DNA from: Azolla caroliniana
Taxonomy: Eukaryota > Plantae > Polypodiophyta
NCBI GenBank assembly: GCA_043228905.1
Contig: JBHGNT010000009.1
Coordinates: 4,464,001-4,528,000, forward strand
Reading direction: 5' to 3'
Length of the DNA: 64,000 nucleotides
Translations under genes and position numbers: made by a program
In this document: piece after piece, positions 13,196-24,227 of the stretch
How positions within the stretch are numbered: position 1 is the stretch's first letter
How the letters are laid out: every line of letters starts with the position of its first letter
The notes under the pieces: generated by a model
What the model was told of the DNA's origin: nothing
Databases searched by the model: none
Seen by the model: only the letters and a program-made list of their open reading frames with translations

Positions 13196-13200
13196 TTTGC

Positions 13201-13992
13201 GTGTTAAGTCTTCACACAACATTCCCATTCACACCATAGGTTGCCATGATTCGAAGGCTTCTACCCCAAATGCTAATCGCCTCTGTACAATTCCAAAAAC
13301 TGTGAGAGATTGATTCCAAAGCATGTCCACATAACTTACAACTAGCCTCGCCACCACGGGAACTCAACCACTCCCCTACAGGTACCGCCTTGTGGCTAAG
13401 AAGCTACAACCAAGCCGTTATTTTTTCTGGTGTATCCAATTCCCATAGTCTCCTCCAAAACGACTTCAAATCATCATTTGATATGCCTTTATCCTTCCAA
13501 CTATTGCAAATCATTACGACACCCACCACGTTGGAGCCAATGATTCGTCTTCCTAGCTTAGTATTGTACTCAAAAAACTTTTTCAAGTTGTTTGTTCCCT
13601 ATTGTTATGTACACATAACGTAGGTGAGGGTAGGTCACTAATATTTACAAAGGCACATATATTCAAAGGGCCTAGGAAAAGGTATAAATATGACGCTTAG
13701 CTACCCTCATAAGGACATTACGTCCAAAGGTTGATGTCTTAGACACCGGAGGTGCGGGCTAGGCTTTCGTCTCGATGATTGTGTTGTCTCTTCCAAGGTA
13801 TTAGTCATCCTAATATCCGGCGGTATGGGACATTAGTGGTAGGTTGGCTATATCTAGATCATAGCTCGGGGATGGTCGGGTGGAACGGGTTCTTCTATCC
13901 AATCTATTTTCCTTCCTTTTACTTTATTTTAGTCAATTTATTAGTAATAGACACTTAAAACTGGTATCTGCCACCATACCTCCAATGGATCC
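13201..13992 (-). pseudogene. LINE-B ORF2 C-terminal part (zf-RVT-like), downstream of the E4 insertion
   Basis: FWRRLWELDTPEKITAWL followed by CKLC. Frame rejoins 53722+ across TSD GATCC (PLCDLEW-D-PLEVWWQ). About 340 bp of unassigned DNA lies at ~13620-13960. Confidence 0.7.
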
Positions 13993-14350
13993 GATAAAAG
14001 TTAGCGTGCGAAAACTTGACAAAACCGGTTTAGCCGAGCAGTAACAGAGAATAGAAAACACAAGTTCAATGGAAGCTTGAGAATATTTAGCATACACGGG
14101 AGAGACAGTGAGAGAGCAGAACATAAAACTTTATTCTAAAATAATAATCCTCTCTGTACATAGAATGTGCTCAAAGAGCACTTTTATACGAGTCCATAAA
14201 GGACTGATAGAAGTACTGAAAGGTACTTCAATGCTCATATGAGTGACTGTCACTGACTCCCAAAAATATGCCTACGTACTAGGTTGGATCCGTAGGCCTC
14301 TAACGGCCTACCGGTTTCAATATGATCCAGCTCCTGGTTCCGGATACCAA

Positions 14351-14933
14351 TTTGGTTTAAAACAATGCCTTGTGCCTCCTTTTATAGTGTTTTTAGGAAT
14401 AATCCTGAAGCTTCTAGAATGTTCCAGAGAGATCTTGAATATACACCAATTTTCTATGATAAAACATAAATGAAAATAATATCCTACAAATTACAATTCA
14501 TAGTCTAATGGTAAAAGCTCGACCCATGTAACATAAGGTCATGGGTTCGAGTCTTGCCATATCATGACACTTTTGGTTCAAAACAATGCCTTGTGCCTCC
14601 TTTTATAGTGTTTTTAGGAATAATCCTGAAGCTTCTAGAATGTTCCAGAGAGATCTGGAATATACATCAATTTTCTATGATAAAGCATAAATGAAAATAA
14701 TATCCTACAAATTACAATTCATAGTCTAATGGTAAAAGCTCGACCCATGTAACATAAGGTCATGGGTTCGAGTCTTGCCATATCATGACACTGAGATCTG
14801 GAATATACATCAATTTTCTATGATAAAGCATAAATGAAAATAATATCCTACAAATTACAATTCATAGTCTAATGGTAAGAGCTCGACCCATGTAACATAA
14901 GGTCATGGGTTCGAGTCTTGTCATATCATGACA
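14351..14933 (-). repeat. Tandem array (~2.6 copies, 221-bp period) of an LTR 5' end carrying a tRNA-like cassette
   Basis: Units end TCATGACA at 14569, 14790 and 14933, the reverse complement of the TGTCATGA terminus at 8869. Each has TAGTCTAATGG...GGTTCGAGTC on the plus strand. Confidence 0.75.
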
Positions 14934-15150
14934 CCAGCTTCCCAAATATATCGTGTCGGTATAACAGTCCCCGGTCCTTCGTGCCGCTCACATATCGCAA
15001 TAGTCTATACGTGCACTGAAGGTGCTCCACGGTCGGCTTCTGCATAAACTGGTTGATCACCCCGTCTGGATAACTAATGTTGGCTCGGGTGATCATCAAC
15101 TATATAAGGCTTTCGACAATTTGTCGGAACTGTTTCTCATCACAAGCCGG

Positions 15151-15878
15151 TGTCGTGAAGATTTTCGGCAACGGTGTGAAAAATTTGTGTGCAACGAACG
15201 AAATCGAGAAGGTGTAATGTGCACGTGTGAAAGGGGTGAAGGCCACACACATATGCTAGCATGTTGTAAATAGGATTGAAATGAGAATCGTAAAAGAAAA
15301 GCTAGATGTAAAGTTAAACATGTGCGCGTGTGTTGTGCGCTCAATTGTAAATATAAAAATAAGACTAAAGCCTAGTAACATCTAAGTGCATACATAGGTG
15401 TGGAAGCAAGGCTTGAGCCTTGCACCTCCAAGATAGGAAACAAATTAACTTACCACTAAAGCCACTACTGAGTGCTTTAGAATTTGTATATTTCCTTTTC
15501 ATATTCAGTATTTTGTAGGAAGCAAACATATAGAAACCGTGGGCACAAAACCATGGTTTTAGCCTTTGGTTTTTTCCCATGGTTTTTGCATGGAGAGACC
15601 TATAAAAGCCTATAGTTAGGCTTGTGTAAGGGAGGCAAGTGATGTAAGTAAAAAAGAAACTTTTAATCAAAGATCTGAGTTATCCTAATGGTGATGTATC
15701 GTGTCTCATAAAACTAAAGTCAAGGGTTCAATCTTTATCTCAATCTCTCTCAATCTCTTCATCCATCCATCTATCTTCAATACTTTCTCCCTTACGTTGT
15801 TAAAAACATTGACTCTTTTCGGTCCAGGACCCCGGTGGTCCTGCTTCATTTCACAAACACGCGAGGATTTCCTCGACA
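15151..15878 (+). mobile_element. Solo LTR of the Gypsy family, inserted in E4 RT
   Basis: TGTCG...CGACA termini, TSD CCGG. Shares the AAAACCATGGTTTT palindrome, tRNA-like cassette and U5 hairpin with the element D LTR. Confidence 0.9.
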
Positions 15879-16696
15879 CCGGGCCAGAGTCGAGACGTAG
15901 CTTCAGGTTCCAGTTCAAGGGTGTGGAGATTGGTCGGCATTCCGTCATGCCGAACTTGTAAAGCATATTTAGCACATAGTGTCTTTGTGAGAAAGAAAGA
16001 AAGAAAGAAAGATATATTAACGTCTTCTAAGGCCAAATTTGGCCCATGAGACAATTGGTTTATAACAAAAGAGTATTGTAGAAAGTAGTGTGCGAAAGCA
16101 AGTATGAAGACAGAACAGAAGGAAGGAAACTCAGGTTCAATGGAGAGCTTGGGCTTACACGGTATACGCAGGAGAGACAGAGAGAGTAGACACAAAAAAC
16201 TATATTCAACAATAATACTCAATCTCTGTACATAAGACGTGCTCAGTGAGCACTTTTATACAAGTCCTAAAAGGACTGACCGAAGTACTGACAGTACTTC
16301 AATGCTCATCAAGAGTGCCTACACTAACTCCCAAATATATTCCTCACGGAATATCTTTCCTAACGACCTCCCGGTTTATGCACTCGGCCTAACTGTTCGA
16401 TCCCAACCGATCCGGTCCTCGGCTTCTTCAGCCGATCCGGCTGATGTTGAGCTTGTCTCTCAACACTCCCCCTCAAGCTCAACTCGAGGCTCTTCGGGAT
16501 CCTCGGGCTCACAACTCCGGTTCCTCCTGGCTTCACGCCTCGCTCGCGCTCCTCGACCTGTTCGACTCCGCGCGCTTTGACCCTTCCGGTCGGCTTGTCT
16601 GCTCATGTGGCCCTCATCAGCTCTTCTGTTGTTGCGGTGTTGACGCTTCTTCTGCTGCCTTTTCTTCCGCTTGGGCCTCGGTTGATTCAGCGTGTC

Positions 16697-19600
16697 TTAA
16701 TCAAACATCCGAACCGACTCTGCTACCTCCGATCGGTCTTCGCTCTCGTCCGAGTTGGCTTTCTCCAACTCGTCTTCGGTCTTCTCGCCCTCGATGGCGT
16801 CATCCTCCTCATGCGTGGTTGGCTTCGGCTCTCTCCTTCGGTTGCTCCCCTTCTGTCCGCTTCTGAACTTTTCGGCGGGTCCGCCCTCGGCTTCTTCAGC
16901 CGATCCGAAGTCGAACTTGTCAACCGACTCGGTGTCACGGTGTCCGCTCCTTTCCTGCTGCTTTGCTTGGTCGTTCGGGACTGTTCTCCCCCTCAAGTTT
17001 GGCACGTCGAGGTGACGCAATCCGAGCGCACCTGAGAATTGCCACAACTTGTCCAGACCAAGAGGCTTGGTGAAGATGTCGGCAGTCTGCCGATCCGTCG
17101 GAACGTACTGAAGTTCGACTTCACCGGAAAGGACACGCTCACGGACGAAATGGTAGTGCACCTCAATGTGCTTGGTCCGTGCGTGGAAGACGGGGTTCTT
17201 CGCGAGTTGGATGCTGTTGAGGTTGTCGCAGTAGATCGTCGTTGGATCGGACACCTCCTCTCGCAGGTCCTTAAGTAGCCGCTTCAACCATATGGCTTCG
17301 CATGTCGCGACAGCCGCTCCTCGGTACTCAGCTTCGGTGCTCGACAGTGCAACTGTCGGCTACTTCTTACTGCTCCACGCGATCGTGGCACTCCCGAGGG
17401 AGAACGCGTTGTCGTGAAGATTTTCATCCACAAGCGGAAACCCGAGCAACGAGAGCCAAAGAGCGATGTGCAACGTTGCACACGTACATAATGTATTTGT
17501 AATAGTAATAAAGGTATAAAGGTGATGTGGTTGTACGCACATCCACGCGAGAGGGAGAGAGAGAGAGAGGTACTATGCGGTACATAGGTACCTAGTTGTT
17601 TGTGAGGAGGTGGGAGTTAAGGGGCCATCAATCTCACCCTTCCCCAAATCAAGGCAAATATCCCCTTTGAATGAAAGGGGATATTTTAGTCTCACTTTTG
17701 TAAGCGGTCTTCCCTCCTTGTGCTATAAAAGGAGAGAGAAGGCACCATTGTGGGGGTTGCCTATTTTGAGTGTGCGAGGTATACCACATAGGTCGAGCGT
17801 TAGGGTTCGGTTAGGGTTTTCTTCTTGGGTTTTCCTTTAGGGTTTTGATATAGTCGTTTGGTGCGGCCATGGCGGCCACCATTTTGTTGTAATCATTCAT
17901 TTCTTAATAGAACTTCTTGTTGAGTATCTTGATTGCATCTTCTTCTTCTATCATAATGTCATATTCGTTCTCTTCTCCTCTTGAGCTAATCTTTCTCCTC
18001 CACTCCCTAGTCCAAGACCCCCGTGGTCCCGCCTTTCTCCACGCACGCGCGTAACAACGCGACAACGTATCCAGACGTGGATCGGCGATCGGCGGCGTTG
18101 CCAGCCCAATCAACATCGGTGTAGCTGACTAACCGCGTGGCTGCACCGGTTGGATATAGCAGTCCCCGGTCCTTAGTGTCATTGACATACCGAAGTATGC
18201 GTTGCGCACACTGAAGGTGCTCCTCGGTAGGTCGCGCCATGAACTGACTGATCACCCCGACCAGATAACTGAGGTCGGGTCGGGTGATGGTCAAGTATAT
18301 AAGGCTTCCGACAATTTGTCGGAACCTCGTCGGGTCGCATACCTTTCCCGTATCGGGACGAAGCTTGACGGTTCTGTCCAGAGGAGTCGAGACGGACTTA
18401 CAGTCGGCCATCCCGAATTTGAAGAGCATACTCAGCACGTAATGACGTTGGCTGATCAATATGCCTTCGGGGGTACGGATCACTTCGATCCCGAGGAAGT
18501 AGTGAAGGTCTCCTAGATCCTTCATGTCGAACGATGCCGCAAGCTGGAGCTTCACACGGTTGATTTCACCTAGGTCGGCGCCGGTGATGACCAAGTCATC
18601 GACATAGAGTAGAATACTAACCGGGCCGAGTCGACCTTTCCGGATGAACAGGAAAGAGTCTGATTTTGACGTGACGAAACCCATCCGACGCAGTTGTTGC
18701 GTGATCTTCGCGTTCCAGGCACGCGGGGCTTGCTTCAGTCCGTAAAGGGACTTCTTCAGCCGGCATACTGCCGAGGAGTTCGTTCCGGAGTGAAATCCGG
18801 GGGGTTGTACCATGTACACTTGTTCCTCAAGGTCACCTTGCAGGAACGCATTCTTTACATCCATTTGATGTAGGTGCCACCCCTTGGCCGCGGCTACTAC
18901 GAGCAAAACACGAACGGTCGTCATTTTCACGACTGGCGCAAACGTCTCATCGTAGTCGATGCCGTGTTTCTGCGCGTAGCCCTTTGCCACTAGCCGAGCC
19001 TTGTACCGGTTGACCGAGCCATCGATGTTGTACTTGACCTTGTACACCCACCTACACCCGATCGGTTTTACCCCCTTTAGTGCGTCAACCAGGTCCCAGG
19101 TCTCGTTCTCCGCCAATGCGTGCATCTCTTCCTCCATCGCGGCACGCCAATTCGCGTCTTTAGCCGCTTCTGCGTAGCTCTCCGGCTCACGCACTTCTGC
19201 TACACGGGTCATGTACGCATAATGATGCGCCATGTACTCGTTGTATCCGAACTGCACAACTGGGTTCTTCTAGCGGGTAGATCAGCGTAATCTCACATTA
19301 GCCGATGTCGAGGCCTTCTCGATCGACGCGGTCTTCACCTTTAAAAACCCGTCACCGGTTCCCTCGGAGTCGGACTCGCGTCGGTCTGACTCGTTCCTAT
19401 CCGTGCCGGAATCCGACACCTTCTTCTTCCCTTTTTCTTTGCGCGTAAGCCGTCTCCTCGGCTTCCTGCGCGGGGAATGCCCGGCCGAGTCTCCACTACT
19501 CGCCGGCTCTTCATCGGACTGGTCGTACCGACCCAGTCGTCCAATCGGTCCACTTAACCGGAGTGAAATCGGACTCTCTTCGCAGGTCTCGATTTCGGGC

Positions 19601-21653
19601 TTATCCGGATGCATCCCGGCCTCGCTGACCTCATCGTCGGAGCTTGTATTAGAGTCGGGGTTCCGAGTCGGGGTTAGGTACCAGGACGCGGACTCGTCAA
19701 ACACAACGTCGCGGCTGACACGCGCTTGTTTGGTGCGAGGGTTATAACACTTATAACCCTTCTGCTCGTCCGAGTAACCGACCAAGATGCACTTCTCAGC
19801 CTTTGCGTCTAGCTTCCTCCTTTTCTCATTCGGTACATGCACATACGCAATGCTACCGAACACCCTCAAGTGTCGCAAGTTCGGCTTTGTTCCGAAATAT
19901 AGCTCGTACGCCGACACTTTGTCTCCGATCCGGTTCTGGATGTATACCGCGGTCCTTACCGCCTCGGCCCAGTAGAACTTGGGCAAGCTCTTCTCCTTCA
20001 GCATTGCCCGTGCCGCTTCCACAACTGACCGATTCTTTCTCTCGGCCACGCCGTTCTGCTCCGGCGTGTATCTACAACTGAATTCGCGGCGAATTCCCAT
20101 TTGTCTTAGGTAACCGTTGAATTGACCAGAAAAGTACTCTTTCCTGCCATCCGACCGTAGGCATTTGATCTTTCGTCCCGTTTCGGTTTCCACGAACCCT
20201 TTGAGGTCCCGGAAACAGTCGAAGACTTCGCTCTTCCTCTCAATGAGGTAGATCCACGTGTGCCGCGTGTGGTCGTCGATGAAGGAGACGAAATATCGGC
20301 TCCCGCCAAGACTAACGTTTTGTGCCGGCCCCCACACATCGGAGTGTATAAGGTCGAGTTTGTTCCGGCTCCGGTTTCGCTCGTTGGGGAAGGGAAGTCG
20401 GTGTTGCTTCCCGAGCTGGCAGTCTTCACAAATTTGTGCCTTTTGGCCACTAAATTTGGGCAATCCGAACACTACCTGTTTCGATTGCAGATCTTGAAGC
20501 CGTTGGTGGTTGACGTGGCCTATCCGCTTGTGCCACAAGTCGATGTCCGACTCGGTCTTTTGTCCCTTCACGAACATTGCGGTGCCGCCGTCAGTGGAGT
20601 CGAGGATGAACATCCTCCCGTCTCTGCGCCCTTGCGCAATCACACAGCCTTCTTCCTCAATGAAGCACTCGAGGTGTGTAAACCGAACCTCCATCCCTTG
20701 GTTGACGATCTGTCCGACCGAGACCAAGTTTTTCGTGATTGTCGGAACGTGCAGCACGTTCATGAGTTTCCCTTTCTGCCCGACATGGCTAAGGGGAACT
20801 TCTCCGACATTCGCGATCGGATGCGGAGTGTCGTCTCCAGTTGCGACTACTCCAGGTTGTATCGGTTTTTCAAGGTACGAGAACCACTCCTTATGGCTCG
20901 TCATGTGGTTTGACGCGCCGGAGTCTACGTACCACACCTCGTCCGATCTTGGGGTGGTCTGTTTCATTGAGTTTGCTTCGTGTCTCGTCACGAAGGCAGT
21001 CCCTTCTCTAGCTCTCCCGGAGTCTTCGGCGTAGTGCGATCGCTGCAGATTTCCCTTGTCGGTATGTCTGGAGCCGTTCCCGGAACCAGTTCTCTCCGAA
21101 TCGGCGCACTTCTTCCATCACTCACTTTCCTTGTGACCTTTCTTGCCATAGTCCCAGCACTCCACGATGGACTTCCCTTGCCGGTTCTCATCGCTTCGAC
21201 TACCCCTGTTTCCGGAGGGTCTGGAGTTGCTGTCGGCATCACTTCGGTGCCTTCTTTCTTGATCTCATCGGCCGCCTCCATTGCGTGCCGACTCGGCTCG
21301 TCCTCCACGTCCACGGGGCCTATCTCCCTCCGTGTACAACATTCTGTTGTCGGTGTGCATGCTTGTAGACGCACCTGCGTGGTTCTCCTCTACCAGGAGC
21401 ATCGACTGTAAGTCGAAAAAGGACGGCGTATTCTCCCGGGTACACACAGCCGTTCGGAACGCTCCGAACTTCGACGCCAAACCTCCGAGACAGATCTGGA
21501 CCATCTCGCTCTCCTCGATGTTCACATCTATGGAAGCAAGGGAGTCGCAGATATCCTTGATCTTCGAGGTATAGTCCACCACCGCCAAGTCGCGTTGTCG
21601 TAGGTTGCTCAACTCCTGTCGGAGCTGAAGCTTCCTGGCTGTGGTACTCGCGG
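16697..21653 (-). pseudogene. E2 gag-pol main part (gag start at 31252-30957); split by element C and a solo LTR
   Basis: WYVDSGASNHM protease, HSDVWGP...FIDD...AERKNR integrase, [16 protein letters not shown] RNase H. Frame rejoins KKIFAA|STTARK across element C. Confidence 0.95.
17410..18064 (+). mobile_element. Solo LTR of the Gypsy family, inserted in E2 RNase H
   Basis: TGTCG...CGACA termini, TSD GCGT/ACGT (one transition), TATAAAA, TAGGGTT telo-box-like motifs, conserved U5 hairpin. No tRNA-like cassette found. Confidence 0.85.
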
Positions 21654-22159
21654 TGTCGTGAAGATTTTCGGCAATAGTGTGAAAAACCCATAAAACGTAC
21701 GAAATCGAGTATGAATCACGTAATACAATAATTGTGAAGATAACATTTTTAATATCTAAGTACAAAATGATGGAGGTTTCGAATGCACTTTATTACACGA
21801 GAAATGGACAACTAAATGTCAAGATATGAGGGTATAAAGTTTGTGAAAAGAAAAGAGAAAATTGTGAGATATCCCACATAGGCACGACAAATACGGCTCT
21901 CATCATATATAAGGTGGAGCAAAAGATATTATCTTTGTGTCTATGTGTGGAGCATAGAGAGTTCAAGGTAACTTGAACTAAGAGTGGAGGTGGCTAGCTA
22001 CTCGTAAAGGGTTTTGGCCAACCAAAACCGGACCGGCGATGGAGCCGGTGATCCGACGACATCCGGCAAGGCACCAGTATCCGACGACGGTATCCGGCGA
22101 ACCGGCGACTAGATAAATAAATATATAAATATATATACATATTTACATATACAAGGAGG

Positions 22160-22228
22160 GCAAGTATGGATTCGAACCTTGCACCTCCAAGTTTGGAGTC
22201 AATTGGCTTACCATTAAGCCATATATTT
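22160..22228 (-). promoter_or_regulatory. tRNA-like Pol III cassette in U3 of element C (copy at 30495-30563)
   Basis: Minus strand TGGCTTAATGGTAAGCC (A-box plus D-arm-like hairpin), TGACTCCAAA, AGGT, GGTTCGAATCC (B-box). Confidence 0.75.
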
Positions 22229-22739
22229 AGTTGAAATTATATTTCTATCATTGTACTTTTACATGTAAATTCTCATACATGAGAGCTAAAATTAGTGACA
22301 TGGTTAGCATGCACCACATGTAATACTTAAGCGCCAAATGGCAAACATGCAATTTATGCATGTCTTGTACCCTCACATGCATCATATGCATGAGAGCATC
22401 TATAAAAGAGGGAAGGGGGAGGAGAAAAAACACGGGTTTTTTTATGAAAATTAAGAGGAAAAAATTCGTTATCAAATTGATCGTGTAATCTCAACTTCTC
22501 TCTTTCCCAATCTCAACTTCTCTCTTTCCCAATCTATCTTAAGTACTTTCTCGCCAAAGCTTGTATCGACTCTAAATCCTTCTGGTCCAGAACCCCGGCG
22601 GTTCCGCCTCACGATCCGCGCGTAGTGACGGATCTTCACGACATAATTAAGTGGTGAACCCGACGTGAAAGAGGCGGTAGGAAGGATCAAGTCGAGATTA
22701 ATACTTGGAGATGGCGTCCTCAAGCAACCAAGTAGGAGA

Positions 22740-24227
22740 GCTCCAACCTCTGCCCTCCCCTCCCCACCCACCATCCAACCTCGCCCTCATAGGAACTTTA
22801 GAACTGCACTACATAATCTCAAAAACAATCAAGACATAGTTATTAAACCCGCGGATAAAAATCTAGGCACATGCATTCTCTCTAAGGATTGGTACCTTAA
22901 CGAATGCCTTAGACAGCTCAACGACAAAAACACTTACACCCCCGTCAAAGACGTCCCCCTAGAAACTCTCCACAGTCGACTTGAACACCTATGTCTGAAA
23001 GCTTCCCCCCACCTCTCCAATGAGGAAATTAGATTCCTCCTTCAGAAACCCAAACATGGTTTCAGGATATGTCGTTTCTACATCATCCCCAAAATCCACA
23101 AGCCCATTGTTGTAGGACGCCCTATTTGCGCCTACAACAATTATGTTTTCGAAAGAGCCTCTAAATGGCTACACCATCTACTACATCCTGTCTTATTGTC
23201 TAAAAAACAACACCTCAAAGACTCCTTAACACTTGTTAAGGACCTAGCACACCACACCTTCCCCAAAACTTGCACGTTGTTTTCTTTTGACGTAGTGTCA
23301 CTATATCCCAGTATACCTACCACGGAAGGTCTATTGGTTTTTAAAAAATCTATTTCACATCATTTCCCACCACACAAAACCAAAATCATTATGAGTGTTG
23401 CCGAACTAATACTTAGAAACAATTTTCTCTCCTTTAATAATGCTTTTTGGTTACAAATTCAAGGCACCGCGATGGGTAGTAATTTTGCGGTTGTTTACGC
23501 TTGCTTGTTTCTTTCGCAGCTAGAGGACGACAACCTAGCTTTTCAAACACCGCAACTACTCTACTACAAACGCTACATCGATGATGCCATAGGAGTTTGG
23601 GAAGGTTCCCCCGATACACTTCACACCTTCTTACACCAATACGGCGTGCCTCTACAACAACACATCCGTATTGAATCAACAACCTCCCCTAAAGAGATCA
23701 CCATCCTGGACGTCGTCTTCTTCAAAGGCCCATACTTTAAAGAATTCGGCATCCTCGACACCGCATGCCACCAAAAACCTCTCAATGCCTACATGTACCT
23801 CCCGTGGAAATCCTCGCACCCCATAGCACACAAAAAGGGCTTCATCACGGGAGAACTAAAACGGTATGCTATCCGGGAGAGCTCGGAAAATGGCTACATG
23901 GAACTACGCAAAAAGTTCTACGACCGCCTAAGAGCTAGGGGCTACCCATCGAAGTTCCTACTCAAGTGTTTTTCGACCGTCCCCTACTCCATACGAAACC
24001 AACTACTCTCTAACCAACCCAACAACAAAAAACCTCCACCCATTGTTTTTAAGCTTCGATACTCCCCATGTATCAAAAAACTCCAAATCGGAGCGCTCGT
24101 GAGAAACAAACTTAAACCCCTTCTAGGACAACCACAATACAGTTCCCTTACACCCCCTCTCACGTGTTGGCTAAATGGTAAAAAACTAAGAAACCACCTA
24201 GTACACGCATCCTTTCCCCCCACCTAA
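22740..24227 (+). CDS. Penelope-like reverse transcriptase (uninterrupted, N-terminally truncated, no C-terminal GIY-YIG)
   Basis: IVIKPADKNLG, FYIIPKIHK...GRPI, FDVVSLYPSIP, QIQGTAMGS, RYIDD, YLPWKSSHP...KGFITGELKR, LRARGYP. Confidence 0.9.
   Translation, partial: APTSALPSPPTIQPRPHRNFRTALHNLKNNQDIVIKPADKNLGTCILSKDWYLNECLRQLNDKNTYTPVKDVPLETLHSRLEHLCLKASPHLSNEEIRFLLQKPKHGFRICRFYIIPKIHKPIVVGRPICAYNNYVFERASKWLHHLLHPVLLSKKQHLKDSLTLVKDLAHHTFPKTCTLFSFDVVSLYPSIPTTEGLLVFKKSISHHFPPHKTKIIMSVAELILRNNFLSFNNAFWLQIQGTAMGSNFAVVYACLFLSQLEDDNLAFQTPQLLYYKRYIDDAIGVWEGSPDTLHTFLHQYGVPLQQHIRIESTTSPKEITILDVVFFKGPYFKEFGILDTACHQKPLNAYMYLPWKSSHPIAHKKGFITGELKRYAIRESSENGYMELRKKFYDRLRARGYPSKFLLKCFSTVPYSIRNQLLSNQPNNKKPPPIVFKLRYSPCIKKLQIGALVRNKLKPLLGQPQYSSLTPPLTCWLNGKKLRNHLVHASFPPT

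Larger units (their letters stand above)
1..13200 (-). mobile_element. L1-like LINE relic (LINE-A), split by Copia E1 at 328-10270; runs off the window start
   Basis: ORF1-like 12433-13008, APE endonuclease 11130-12020, RT fragments 10471-11094. The frame rejoins across the E1 TSD CCTCC (..NIKPTIG|GQWQDSFRW..) into 1-327. Confidence 0.85.

Noticed and set aside
13760-13800. Second hammerhead on the minus strand (CGAAA present)
   Set aside because: No CTGANGA core and no pairing stem II.
14351-14933. CRISPR-like or tRNA gene array
   Set aside because: These are plain tandem copies with no unique spacers, in a eukaryotic transposon context, with units ending at an LTR terminus.
22665-22740. 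N-terminus of the 520-aa ORF as the true PLE start
   Set aside because: It begins at a GTG inside the Gypsy PBS and reads the Gypsy leader and gag out of frame, so it is a chance fusion at the junction.
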